Shown here in pieces: positions 26,601 to 39,724 of a DNA stretch of 64,000 nt. This DNA comes from Octopus vulgaris. Its lineage: Eukaryota. Position numbers and translations under genes: made by a program. Numbering within the stretch: position 1 is the first letter of the stretch; every line of letters begins with the position of its first letter. Where the stretch lies: NCBI GenBank assembly GCA_951406725.2, contig OX597814.1:1922001-1986000 (forward strand), given 5' to 3'. The notes under the pieces are model-generated. The model made no database searches. It was given only the letters and a program-made list of their open reading frames with translations, and was not told where the DNA came from.

Positions 26601-27508
26601 TACCACCACCACCACCACCACCACCACCACCACCAGCACCACCACCAGCACAACCACTAACACCACCACCACCACCACCACCACCACCACCACCACCATC
26701 ACCATCACCACCACCACCACCACCACCACCGCTGCCACCGCCGCCACCAGCACCACCACCGCCGCCACCGCCGCCACTGCCACCACCAGCACCAGCACCA
26801 CCACCACCACCACCACTAGCACCACTACCACCACCACCACCACCGCCACCGCCGCCACCGCCACCACCACCGCCGCCACCGCCGCCACCGCCACCACCAG
26901 CACCACCACCACCACCACTGCCACCACCAGCACCACCACCATCACCACCACTGCCGCCGCAACCGCCACCACCACCACCACCACCACCACCACCACCGCC
27001 GCCACTGCCACCACCAGCACAACCACTAGCACCACCACCACCACCACTACCACCACCACCACCACCACCACCACCACCACCACCACCACCACCACTGCCA
27101 CCACCACCACTGCCACCACCAGCACCACCACCATCACCACCACTGCCGCCGCAACCGCCACCACCACCACCACCACCGCCGCCACCGCCGCCACTGCCAC
27201 CACCAGCACAACCACTAGCACCACCACCACCACCACCACCACCACCACCACCACCACCACCACCACCACCACCACCACCACCACCACCACCACCACCACC
27301 ACCACCACCACCACCACTACCACCACCACCACCACCACCACTACCACCACCACCACCACTGCCACCACCAGCATCAGCACAACCACTAGCACCACCACCA
27401 CCGCCGCCACCGCCGCCGCCACCAGCACCAGCACCAGCACCAGCACCACCAGCACCAGCACCAGCACAACCACTAGCACCACCAGCACCACCAGCACCAC
27501 CACCACCA
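26601..27508. repeat. (CCA/CCG)n trinucleotide expansion with higher-order duplicated units
   Basis: About 900 bp. Variant blocks (GCACAACCACTAGCA; CCATCACCACCACTGCCGCCGCAA) recur. Confidence 0.95.
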
Positions 27509-27896
27509 CGGTGTCCAACATAAAAAATCATGAAAGACAGCCAAGCGCCAATTCTGAATATGTTTGACACAGAAAGGAAAGAAAACCGTCATGAGTTCTA
27601 TGTAAGGCTTCAACACCGTTTCCAAACTATAAACAGAGAGAAGATGGTTTCGTAGCAAGAGTTTGACATAAGAGTCTAGTAATGGTGGATCATTAAAGAT
27701 TTGTAAACATTCCAAGAATATTTCACACTTGTTTCTGGGAAGGACGATCAAGAGTTATGAAGCACGCACACCTGAGGACGAAAGAAAGTGACCGTCTTTT
27801 CTATTATATGAATGCATGTTTATTCACACATCGACACACAGACACACACACATACATATATGCATATGTGTATATAACAGTGTAAGTATATTCACG

Positions 27897-27953
<57 letters not shown>

Positions 27954-28025
27954 CATATAGGTTATGAGAGGTTTCTATTTCGTATCATCTCTAAATTAAC
28001 TATTGCTTAACCGTCTTCTCAAACC

Positions 28026-28073
28026 GTCTCCGATGAAGGGATATAATAAACATTCTAGAAACAGCTGTAAGAC
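28026..28073 (+). ncRNA. Minimal hammerhead ribozyme (PLE-type) within a short insert in (TA)n
   Basis: Stem I gtct/agac, core CCGATGA, stem II GGGAT/ATTCT, GAAA, palindromic stem III ACAGCTGT, GUA cleavage triplet. Confidence 0.7.
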
Positions 28074-28163
28074 ATATTTATAAATGCTCTAAAATCAACA
28101 GTCTTGTTTTTTTTTTTATCTCAGTACGGAAAGAATTACATATATACATAAATAGATATAGAT

Positions 28164-28269
<106 letters not shown>

Positions 28270-28338
28270 TAGATAGATAGATAGATAGACACACACACAT
28301 ATATATATATATGGATATATATATATATATAGATAAAT

Positions 28339-28411
<73 letters not shown>

Positions 28412-28455
28412 TATATATATATATATCTTTTTATCTATATCTATCTATATATATA

Positions 28456-28756
28456 TTGCGTCATCCCATAAATAATGCGGTTTGTATACTTCTATTATAT
28501 TCAAACTAAAGATAAACAAATTTCTTTTTGAATCTAAAATATACTCTCTTTCATTTTTTACAATGCTCTTCCATCTATCTTTTAGACTTGCAAGGACCCT
28601 CTTTCAAAATTCCCTTGATCGTGACGAAAATACTCCTCTAGTACTGTTCTGACCCCGTCTACAGAATTCATATTTTTCCCATCCAAATGATTTTGAAGAC
28701 TGTGGAATAAATTTTAATCAGATGGGGAAATGTCCGGCCAACATGGTGGGTGGGGC
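28456..28756 (-). mobile_element. Mariner 3' fragment
   Basis: Minus-strand translation HPPCWPDISPSD*NLFHSLQNHLDGK; TIR-like end TTGCGTCATCCCATAAATAATGCG next to (TA)n. Confidence 0.75.
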
Positions 28757-29344
28757 AAAAGTTTTGTACATATATATATGCGCTGCATAGTAGGATTGAA
28801 CCCAAAACCACGTTGTTGCAAAGTGAGCTTCTTAACCACTGAACCATCCCTGCGTCTAACGTGCACGCAGGTGATATTTTACCTGTGGGCGAGAGTTTCT
28901 CTGCTACCTATGAGGTAGAAACACCAACCTTGGTCCATCAGTGATATTATGTAGAATTAGTCTTGTAGAAATGATTCGAAACTGAACCGCAAAGTAATTT
29001 GTCATGCATCTCGACCGAGCAACAATGGTTTCACGTGATCGGTCTATTAAGCGTGGTCCGTCTATTAAGCGTCAATCTATCACGTGATTCAAGCTTCTAG
29101 ACTATTCTCCTTGTGGTTGCTGTTGGTGGTAATTGTAGTATGTTGAAGCAGATGTGTGATGTGTCTCCATTTTTGCTGTTTCTAGATATGCTGTCCCAGC
29201 CAAATGTTGCTTTGTCAGTAAGATCGCCGTAAACTCCACGCAGTAAGTATTGCTGTTGTTATTTATAAAGGACCAACAGTCAAAACTGTGTTTGCAACAA
29301 TAAAATCTTGTTAATTATTGGCGAGTGTTAGTTAGTTAGTTCAT

Positions 29345-29760
29345 TTTTTGGCTCAAAAAGCGAAAAGCAAGGCCATGTAGGGAGACATGGAGTTATGTAC
29401 AGGGTGGTGTTCATGTAAAGAGTTCAGGCCACTTGTGGTCAAGGGAGACTTTGAACCGAGCGGTCGTCGGCATCTTCACTATCTCATCCGGCAGCTTATT
29501 CCACGGATCCGCAACCCGGACGGAGAAAGCCCCTCTCCTTCGATTGAGCTTTTCGGAATGACCCCGCAGCCGGCGCTCTGGAGTAGGAGTGAAGAACAGC
29601 TCTTTCGAGAGGTTACACTTTCCGCTTATGATGTTGTGAGCAAGAATGAAATCACCACGGCGTCATCGTTTTTCTAGAGAATAAAGGTCGAGCGTCTTCA
29701 GCCTTTCTTCATAAGACAAATTCTTGAGACCAAGAACCATGCGGGTAGCCAGCAGTTAAT
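29345..29760 (-). mobile_element. CR1-clade LINE 3' end
   Basis: Minus strand FSVRVADPWNKLPDEIVKMPTTARFKVSLDHKW, a typical CR1 C-terminus. Confidence 0.8.
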
Positions 29761-31101
29761 TCTTCACGCAGCGTAAGAAACATATTTTCATTCATCAACT
29801 CAACCAGTTATCATCTCAGACTAACCAACAAAATCACCTGGAACCAGTGCTGTTCGTTCGATCAGTGGACTTACTGACCGATAGAACGACCGACTGAATG
29901 GCGGTGCTGTGGTGACTGGTTGGCTGCCGATATTACTTCGCTATAGACTATACTAACAAGTTTCTCATTTATTTGTCTGAGTGACGCCAAACAGCGAGAC
30001 CGTGTTATGAGGGACGTAAGCAAAAAATAAATCAAAACCTTTCACTAATAACAAAAAAACAACAACAAAAACAACAATGGTACAACGGTAGTACTAATAA
30101 TACTAATAAAAAGAGCAAGAGAGAGAGAGACGGGGAGAGAGAGACAGAGAAAGAGAAAGAGAGAGAGAGAGAGAGAGAAGTCGGACACGATATAACATCA
30201 CGCACTGATCAATATCTTAAACCATACTTACAACAAACCTTCTTCAATAATCCTTACCCAGCCGCCATATTGTTTTTCTAAACAACAGCCATAATTACAA
30301 CATACATTCTTGAGAAATATCTTTTATCTTTTGTTAAGGCAATCATAATATGTCTGTTAGCTTCACAGTCCTATTATTTCTGTTTATTGTTTTCTCATTC
30401 TTTGCTATGTTTTTTTTTGATGTTGATTTTATTAACTTGTCCGCCATACTTTTCTTCTTTCTTTTATGTTTTACCTTCTTGTCGTCCATTTTGTTTTCTT
30501 CGCAGACGATTCATTTCGCTTGTTTTTCATTATTTACTTAAATATTTATTTATAGTTTTATTGCCTTTCTTTTCTGTTTTTTATTCTAAGTCGAGACGGC
30601 ACCCATGGCTGGGTAGTAGTAGGTGGCGTTAGCTGTTGCTGTTAGTGGTAGTGGGGGTAGTTTGTATATGATTTGTGGGGGTATTTCGTTTGTTGTTTTA
30701 TTCAAATCTCTTTTCCATGTCGTGACTAAGATTCAAAGATGTCGATTCTTTTGTGTCCGTTCTAATAAATAAATATATCAATAAATAAGTAAATAAATAT
30801 ATGAACACAGGATTTACATATAAACTATTACATATCTATGTGTGTATGTATGTATATGCATATGCATGACATATAAACTTACACACATATATGATATGTA
30901 TGATGTATATGATATGTATAGATGCATGTGTGTGTGTGTATGGATTTATGTATGTATTTATTGGTGTATAATATTCAAGCGTGTAAGTGCAATTAGACTT
31001 TCGCTATATTCTGATGTCAATAACATTAGAATAATATTCGTAGTTCAAATGAGTCGAAAGTCATCTGCTTGCTACGAGAAACATACGTTTATAAACTCCC
31101 T

Positions 31102-31162
<61 letters not shown>

Positions 31163-31165
31163 TGT

Positions 31166-31197
<32 letters not shown>

Positions 31198-31365
31198 TGT
31201 CTTCCGGAACCTGTGCAACCAGACATTCTCCAGACTGCTCTTCTTTGGAGGATGGGCCTTTGCGCCTCAAAATTTAAAGGCTTTAATTTAACTTTCCTAT
31301 TTTCCCATTTTGCAATCTTCGACACGCGCACACACACACACACACACACACACGTATATACACAC

Positions 31366-31406
<41 letters not shown>

Positions 31407-31520
31407 TATATATACGGTACACATACACACATATATATATATACAAATATGTATACATACATATACACACATATACACACGTATACATATATATACACAC
31501 ATATATATATACATATATAC

Positions 31521-31557
<37 letters not shown>

Positions 31558-31563
31558 ATATTG

Positions 31564-31810
31564 TGGCACTTCGTCGACTATGACGACGCGGGTTCCAGGT
31601 TATCCGATCAACAGAACAGCCTGCTCGTGAAATTAACATACAAGTGGCTGAGCACTCCACGGACACATGTACCCTTAACGTAGTTCTCGGGAAGATTCAG
31701 CGTGACACAGAGTGTGAAAAGGCTGGCCCCTTTGAATTACAGGTACAACAGAAACAGGAAGAAAGAGCGAGATAAAGTTGTGGGGAAAAAATACAGCAGG
31801 GTTCGCCGCC
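31564..31810 (-). mobile_element. SINE family B 3' part
   Basis: Reverse complement of about 2010-2265. Confidence 0.85.
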
Positions 31811-31812
31811 AA

Positions 31813-32115
31813 GAACATTATCAAAAATATTTTTAAAAGTGTAATACAATAGTTCATAATTGTTTCTTACTAGTCACAACAGAGACCAGGATTCTAGTCA
31901 ACGCACAAGACAGCCATTATGCCCCGCAAAAGACCACCACGTGGACTCTGTTGAGACTAGTAAGAAACAATTATGAACTTTTTATTACACTTAACTTTCT
32001 AAAATATTTTTGATAAGGTTCGTTTTTTTCAAGAAGAACCGAAACATGTAAAATCTCTAAGAAAATTAAAATTTATCTTATATTGTGGCGTTTTCAAACT
32101 TCTTTTTTATAAATA
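31813..32115. mobile_element. PLE-like terminal repeat with an inverted partial copy
   Basis: Arms 31813-31884 and 31946-32021. Same family as 52141-52415. Hammerhead-like remnants (CTGTTGA..GAAACAATT; AAGAAGA-acc-GAAAC-at-GTA). Confidence 0.7.
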
Positions 32116-32120
32116 CACAT

Positions 32121-32197
<77 letters not shown>

Positions 32198-32296
32198 TAT
32201 ATGTTACGGGTGTCAATCCATCTTTGTACGTGTGTGTGTGTATTATTTGAAAATCATTGAAATATTTGTTCGAACGCTCAATATTCTCGTGTGTTT

Positions 32297-32413
32297 CATG
32301 ATGATGATGATTGTGGTGGTGGCGGTGGTGATGCTGATGATAAGGACGATGACACCAGCAGGAATATCAATATTGCTATTACCATCATCATCATCATCAT
32401 CACCATCATCACC

Positions 32414-32445
<32 letters not shown>

Positions 32446-32528
32446 CATCATCATCGTCATCATCATCATCATCATCATCATCGTCATCACCACCATCATC
32501 ATCATCAGCAGCAGCAGCATCATAGTCG

Positions 32529-32588
<60 letters not shown>

Positions 32589-32610
32589 GCATCATCGTCG
32601 TCATCATCAT

Positions 32611-32651
<41 letters not shown>

Positions 32652-32730
32652 GCATCACCCTTATTGCCATCCTCACCATCGACATCTACGTCAACCCCCA
32701 CCTTCACCCCACCCCACCCCAGCAACCACC
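32297..32730. repeat. (CAT/CAG)n trinucleotide tract
   Basis: Direct reading. Confidence 0.95.
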
Positions 32731-33071
32731 ATGATCACGAATATCGGCGGCATCGGCGTCGCGCGTCGTAAGTACGGGTCACCTCCGGTGGTTGTCACTC
32801 GATGTCGTTGACTGGCTAACTTAATTACGAGCGAGAGTCACGTGAGGAACGTCGTCCTGAAATCACAGTCGCTAATAACAATGTCTCACCTCTAGATTAA
32901 TAAGGCTAATTTTACAACGCCTTCTCCACCCCCCTATATGTTTAACACTTTTGCAAGCCTCCCCGACTTCGCACCCGCTTAACACATCGACACACCAGAT
33001 CCGCACCATCCCGAATCAAACCACACACGTATAGAGACGGTCGGATAATATCCGAACACATCACCATCCCG

Positions 33072-33147
<76 letters not shown>

Positions 33148-33524
33148 AATATATATATGTATATATATATATACATATATATATTTATACACACATATAT
33201 ATATATGTATACATATATATATATAAATATAAATATATATTTATATATTTATATACATATATATATATATATATGTATATATATGGTTGTATGTATGTGT
33301 ATGCGAATGTGTATGTGTGTGTATGTGTATTTGTATGAATGCGTGCATGTATCACTGAGTGTATGTATATATGACTGAGCGTGTGTGTGTGTGTGTGTGT
33401 ATGTCTATAAGTATGTATGATTATACGGTGGTGTGGGTGTGCGTGTCACGTCCCTTTGTGCCATGTCAAAAATCCAGAACTGAGTAACGGAGAGTCGCAT
33501 TACGTCAACACCTACCGTCAAAAG

Positions 33525-33567
<43 letters not shown>

Positions 33568-33838
33568 CGCAGTAGGAACACCCACGCACAGAGTAAACCA
33601 GGCGTTATCATCATCATCATCATCATCATCATCACCATCAACATCACCCCCACCATCGCTATCACTTCCACCACCACAACCACCACCACCATCCTCCTCC
33701 TCCTCCTCCTCCTCCTCCTCCTCATCATCATCATCATCATCAACAACAGCAATAACAATGAAGTTAGTATGTAATCTGGAAACGTGATATTGTCATTTAA
33801 TTATTAATATAATGAAATTTTTTGACAGCGGACATATC

Positions 33839-33887
<49 letters not shown>

Positions 33888-33913
33888 CAATAGTAATAAT
33901 GACAACAATAAAA

Positions 33914-33963
<50 letters not shown>

Positions 33964-34019
33964 TATATTTTTTGTATATATATATACACACATACACACA
34001 CATACACACACATATACAT

Positions 34020-34068
<49 letters not shown>

Positions 34069-34244
34069 GAGAAAGAGAGGGAGAGAGATTGGTAATTCCG
34101 GGAAATGAATATGGAATTGGTAGATTGGGAAACTAGTTCTGGTGGTGTCGTGTTTGTGTTTGTTAGTTGCTTTTGTAGTAATGGTGGTAGTATATAGGTG
34201 GTAGTTATGTTGGCTGTTCGTAGTGGTTGTTGCTATTTGCTATT

Positions 34245-34610
34245 GTCGATGCTGATGCTGATGGTAGTAGTGGTTGTGGTGGTCGTGGTGGTGTGGTTAT
34301 TATCGGTGGTGATGGTCGTGGTGGTAGTGATGCTGTGGTTGTTATATGTTAGCGATGGTGGTGGTGGTAGTGGTGGTGTGGTTATCATCGGTGGTGATGG
34401 TCGTGGTGGTAGTGATGGTCTGGTTGTTGATGCTAGCGATGGTGGTGTGGTTACTATCGGTGGTGATGGTCGTGGTGGTACTCATGCCATGGTTGCTGGT
34501 GTTAGCGATGGTGGTGGTGGTAGTGGTGGTATGGTTATTATCGGTGGTGATGGTCGTGGTGGTAGTGATGCTGTGATTGTTATATGCTAGCGATGGTGGT
34601 GGTGTTGGGG
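34245..34610. repeat. GT-rich minisatellite (unit core GGTTATTATCGGTGGTGATGGTCGTGGTGGTAGTGATG)
   Basis: About 4 diverged copies of a 54-72 bp unit. Confidence 0.8.
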
Positions 34611-34952
34611 ACGGTGGTGTCGATAGCACAGAAACTGATTAATACCAAATTCTGCGATTTAATTAGCGATATTATTGTAATTAACAGTCGGTTCTAATTT
34701 TAGCACTTTTTCTCCAAACTGATTCTCCCTCCCTCCCACCCCAACACTCCATCCATCTCTCCTCCCCTCACTCTCTCTCTTATTCTTCTCTTTCCCTTTC
34801 TTCTCTCCCACCCTATCCACCAGTATTCTCTTCCCACCACTCCTCACACACTCTCTTTCACTCCTACCCCGTCTCCATATTTTCCTCCTCTCACCCCTCT
34901 ACCTCAACTATATTACACTGTTCTTGGTGTTGTTGTTATCGTTGCAGTTAAT

Positions 34953-35365
34953 TCTTCTTCTTCTTCTTCTTTTTCTTCTTCTTTTTCTTCTTCTTCTCCT
35001 CCTCCTCCCCTTCTTCTTCTTCTTCTCCTCCTCCTCCTCCTCCACTTTCTCCTCCTCCTTCTCCTCCTCCTTCTTCTTGTTATTCTTCTTCCCCCTCCTC
35101 CTCCTCCCCTTCTTCTTCTTCTTTTTCTTCTTCTTCTTCTTCTTCTTCTTCTTCTTCTTCTCCTCCTTCTCCTCCTCCTTCTTGTTGTTGTTCTTCTTCC
35201 CCCTCCTCCTCCTCCCCTTCTTCTTTTTCTTCTTCTTCTTCTTCTTCTTCTTCTCCTCCTTCTCCTCCTCCTTCTTGTTGTTGTTCTTCTTCCCCCTCCT
35301 CCTCCCCCCTTCTTCTTCTTCTTCTTCTTCTTCTTCTTCTTCTTCTTCTTCTTCTTCTTCTTCTA
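34953..35365. repeat. (CTT/CTC)n polypyrimidine tract with higher-order repeats
   Basis: The block CTCCTCCTTCTCCTCCTCCTTCTTGTT..TTCTTCTTCCCCCTCCTCCTC is repeated about 3 times. Confidence 0.9.
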
Positions 35366-35507
35366 TTTCATTCAAAATGTTATACTCGTGTTTTTTCTTT
35401 CTTGTTGATGTTGTTGCTTATGTTATGCATTATTTAAAACGAAAACCACAAAAACAAAAACAGCGCTAGCAACAACAACGACAACAATAAAATTATTATC
35501 AATAACC

Positions 35508-35546
<39 letters not shown>

Positions 35547-35681
35547 TAATATAGCTTCCTTATATTTGCCAGGGGGGTATCAGATGAGGGGTACATTAGA
35601 GAACAGCTTACAATGTGTTTACATTAAAAAGACAAGAGGCAAGAAAGGGAGAGAGGAGGGCGATGAGATAAAGAAAATACA

Positions 35682-35933
35682 CAGGGATGGGTGCAAAAGT
35701 AGGTATACAGTTATGAAAAAAGAAAATACGTACAATACGCATTTATTTTTATCAAAAAAATGTAAAAATTACGATAAATATTAATAGTTATGATAAATGT
35801 ATTATTATGATTAATGACACTGAAAATATCAAAACTGAGGCTAATTAATTTAATGTGTTAATCATTTTAATGAATTAAATAATATAACATTGATGTGATA
35901 CCTACTGTATACCTACTTTTGCACCTGCCCCTG
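35682..35933. mobile_element. Tc1/mariner-type MITE
   Basis: TIRs CAGGGATGGGTGCAAAAGTAGGTATACAGT / ACTGTATACCTACTTTTGCACCTGCCCCTG followed by TA; AT-rich interior. Confidence 0.85.
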
Positions 35934-35955
35934 TATAAACTTACTCTACGAGATA

Positions 35956-36254
35956 GTGGAGTCACATGTCCTAGCGGTTAGAGCAGCGGACTCGCAGTCG
36001 AGAGATCACGGGTTCTAATCTCAGACCGGGCGATGTGTGTGTTTATGAGCGAAACACGTAAGCTCCACGCGGCTCCGGCAGAAGGTAATGGCGAAACTTC
36101 TGCTGACTCTTTCGCTACAACTTTCTCTCACTCTTTCCTCCTGCATCTTGCAGCTCACCTGCGACGGACCGGCGTCCCGTCCAGGTGGGGAACCTATACG
36201 CTAAGGAAACCGGCGAAACCGGCCCTTATGAGCCTAGGCATGGCTCGAGAAGGA
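35956..36254 (+). mobile_element. tRNA-derived SINE (family B head, alternative tail)
   Basis: 13-bp TSD ACTCTACGAGATA at 35943-35955 and 36255-36267. Confidence 0.88.
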
Positions 36255-36299
36255 ACTCTACGAGATATGAGAGCGCATCAATGATGCAGTCCTTCTGAT

Positions 36300-36860
36300 A
36301 CAGGGGAACATCATCTAGCTCATCAAGGAATCCCACAGATCTAGGATCACTTTGCCCACGAAGAGCACAAAGCCTCTCCGAAATGACAATGATTTCTTGT
36401 TTGACAAAAGGGACATCTGATGAGGAGTTGGCATTAGAAGGACAGGTTACTACTTGTGTGGAGTTTTATGGAAGAAGCTTAAGAGGACATTCCTGACGGA
36501 CCGAGTGTCCGATGCGAAACGGTTCCGGGATGTGGTAGTTTACTTTGAATGCCGCGCATATGTTGCCGCGTATTGCAGCGGCACAACTAACGACGAACGA
36601 TTCCTTGAACGCTTTTAACTCATTCAAATTGATCAGGGTCCTACCAAAGACAGTTCGCCTCTCAAACCTCCCTATGATGTATTGCGTTTGTGGAAACTGT
36701 CGTGGATAAACTTTTTTTCGAGATGGTGCACGTAGGAGTGGTTGTATGGTAAGTAGCTTGCTAACCTTCGTCGAAGTCGGACGTGTTTTTTTGGCGGAGA
36801 GTTCTTGCTGCTTGATGTCATGTCTTTCGTCGTGAAATATTGAATTTTGAGGCACGACTA
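36300..36860 (-). mobile_element. Degraded Tx1/L1-like reverse transcriptase fragment
   Basis: PEPFRIGHSVRQECPL resembles the RT motif GVRQGCPLSP; LNELKAF resembles the D..KAFD motif. Confidence 0.6.
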
Positions 36861-37218
36861 CAGGTAGGCGTTTGTTGTATTTTTTTTGCGGGCATAGTGG
36901 AGTTTGTTGCTCTGTATTTAATATTTTTTGGTGAGTAATAAACTCCACACTGCTCCAGACATGTATCTGCCTGTGGCCGCCTATAAAGACTCACTTTACA
37001 GTGAGAATTGTGTTTTTGAGGAGGCGTAGTCCCTCCGCAAAAATTAATTTGTTTGCTTCTGAAATTGTCTTTGTGTTTTCCACTGGATTTACCACGGAGT
37101 ACCAAGGTAGAAAGGACTAATTGTGCTGCGGTTGGATTTATTTTACCATTGTGAGAATTTTTGGGGGGCGTAATCGTCTTCGATAAATTGAGTGAATATT
37201 TTTCTCACCTAATTATGA

Positions 37219-37630
37219 GGCGCAGGAGTGGCTGTGTGATAAGTAGCTTGTTTACCAACCACATGGTTCCGGGTTCAGTCCCACTGCGTGGCACCTTGGG
37301 CAAGTGTCTTCTACTATAGCCTCGGGCCGACCAAAGCCTTGTGAGTGGATTTGGTAGACGGAAACTGAAAGAAGCCTGTCGTATATATGTATATATATAT
37401 ATATATGTGTGCGCGTGTATGTTTGTGTGTCTGTGTTTGTCCCCCTAGCATTGCTTGACAACCGATGCTGGTGTGTTTATGTCCCTGTCACCTAGCGGTT
37501 CGGCAAAAGAGGCCAATAGAATAAGTACTGGGCTTACAAAGAATAAGTCCCGGGATCGAGTTGCTCGACTAAAGGCGGTGCTCCAGCATGGCCGCAGTCA
37601 AATGACTGAAACAAGTAAAAGAGAAAGAGA
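37219..37630 (+). mobile_element. SINE family C, full length
   Basis: Nearly identical to 7294-7733. Confidence 0.9.
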
Positions 37631-37923
37631 ACTGTATTGTGCCTTGAAGAACTTTAAGAATTGTGAGAACTGCGATATAGGGGAGTGTTTTGCCTCCGAA
37701 GTTTGAACAATTTTTACCAATTTTATACCAATTTTTGTGGAAGTTGTGTTCCAGTTGCGGCGTTCCGAGTTCAATTTAGGCCGGGAGTACCGAATGGCCT
37801 GAAGATTTTTTGCTGTGTTATTGACTTTCTTTTGAACATTATTTGATTTTCTCCTTTTTGTTTTCTTTTTCTTCTCGCTTTTTAAGTTTTATTTTGAATA
37901 TATTTAAAAAAAAACAAAAAATC

Positions 37924-39183
37924 ATGGCAATGAAAAATGATAAAATTTTGGAATGGGAGATTATACCGCCTAAAAAGTGGTTAAAAGACCGTGAGGATAG
38001 GACGGTGGTGTTGAGAACCTACTCCAAGGCACTCGACACCATCGCCCTGTTCGAAAAGACGGCAATTGAAAAGGAGTTGGCAGAGTATTTGCCAACAATT
38101 AAATTCATTTCCAGGGGTGTCAGATATGCAACGGTGTGGTTGCTATTTGACACCCCTGAAGAGGCTTGCAAATTTGCCAGTAAACTCCTGGAGGGTAAGG
38201 AGATTTTATTCCTGCCCACGTATCATGGAAAGAGATTGACGAAAGCTTGGATCTGCGGGCTGCCACCCGGGATAAAACCCGAGTGGATAGAGGAGACTAT
38301 CCGCCGGGGTCTGGGTGACAGCGGAACTAAGCTTCTTAATGTGAAAGTTCTTCCTGTTTAGGTTGGGTCAAAAGCAATTTTGACCCTTTGGACCCAATCA
38401 GCCAATCTGGTTCTTCCAGATTTTTTGAAAATGGCCGGGTGCAGGTACCCGGTGATACTTGAGGATCGCCCCCCTAGGTGTCATCGGTGCTTGGAGTCCG
38501 GCCATATAAAGAAAAACTGTCCCCGGGAACAAAATAAGATCCCGGAGCAGTTAAGTGACACTCCTGTAGAAGAGGGAATGAAGACGGCCGAGGAAGCGGA
38601 GGACTCCTCAAACAGGGGCCGAAAGAGGAAGAAGGTGAGCAACAATGGGTGCTCACCAAAGGATACTAGGGATGAGGAGGGAAAGGCGAATCTTCCGGCC
38701 ACGGAGGAGACGCACCCTCCCTCAGTTGAAAAGAAAAAAAAGAAAAAGAGGAAGATAAACGGGACATTATCGGCAGTCGGTGACATAGTACCGGAATGTT
38801 CCGGAACTACGTCGGTTGGGGTTGTGCAACCGACAGGAGAAGGAACACCGTTGGCGGGAACTGTGCCGCCAACGAAAGAATTGAATATCCCGCACCCGAG
38901 CAAAAACGATGTATTGATCTTCTTCCATAGAGGCGGAGAGATTGAAAAGGTGATGGAAAAGCACCACAAGGGAGCACCTTTAGCCTTCATACAGGACCCC
39001 GAATGGCCTCCGCGGGTAGCTATGGAGGCCGTGGCGTTCGACGTGACGCTTTGGCTGAAGGAGCTCAATGAGGATTATAGCTTGTTCCCGGGCAACGCTA
39101 ACACGGAACTCGATTTGGTTCTGAGGGAGGCGTGGTGGATGGCAGAGGATGCGGGCACAAGTTATTTTGAGGATGAGTCATAA
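37924..39183 (+). pseudogene. Tx1/L1-type ORF1 (gag-like, RRM-like N-terminus, CCHC zinc knuckle) with one in-frame stop
   Basis: ORFs 37843-38361 and 38380-39183 are in the same frame, separated by TAG at 38359-38361. Knuckle CHRCLESGHIKKNC is preceded by LPDFLKMAGCRYPVILEDRPPR; basic tract KKKKKKRK. Confidence 0.8.
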
Positions 39184-39724
39184 ATTGTGACACTGTGTGA
39201 CACAAACATGTGATAACAGGCACTTCGCTTTCCTTCTAAACCCCCGGCTGTCAACGTGGTCTGCTTTGCAGACGGCTAGATATTTGACTGGAGGTCCGGA
39301 AAGAGGAGGAAGGGAAAAGTGATAATGTATTTTTATGTTTGATAGGACATGTTTAGATACGACTTGAGGGGCCCCGACCTAGAGCTGGCGCATTCCTAAG
39401 GGAAGTGTAAGCCAGGTCTGGGAGGAGGGGCTTTGTATATTGTATTTATATCATATGTAATTATTGAACTATGTTGTTGTTAGTAATGGACTGTTAAGTC
39501 CAAAAATTGAAAAGTTGTAAAAATTGTAAGAGGTTTAATACCTCGTTTTGTGTTTGTTTTTAAAAGAACAATGTTTTAGAGAAGCAGAAGTCGGCGGGCG
39601 CTTTTTGTCTTCTCCCATCCTTATCATCTTTCTTTCATTATTATTCATTTCATTAATGTCCTCGTCCAGCCCGCAAAGCCACTTTACTCTATGTACTGCC
39701 TTTATGGCAAATGTTATGAAATAA

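Noticed and set aside
26483-27523. Formin/extensin-like poly-proline CDS
   Set aside because: It is a simple (CCA)n expansion starting in a LINE 3' UTR, open in several frames by construction. Kept only as a low-interest finding.
27770-27797. CTGAGGA-cgaaa-GAAA..GTC hammerhead-like string
   Set aside because: No stem I or stem II pairing; probably chance.
34198-34629. GGDGRGG repeat peptide resembling a glycine-rich RNA-binding or structural protein
   Set aside because: It is a minisatellite. The frame shifts between units and there is no credible start or exon boundary.
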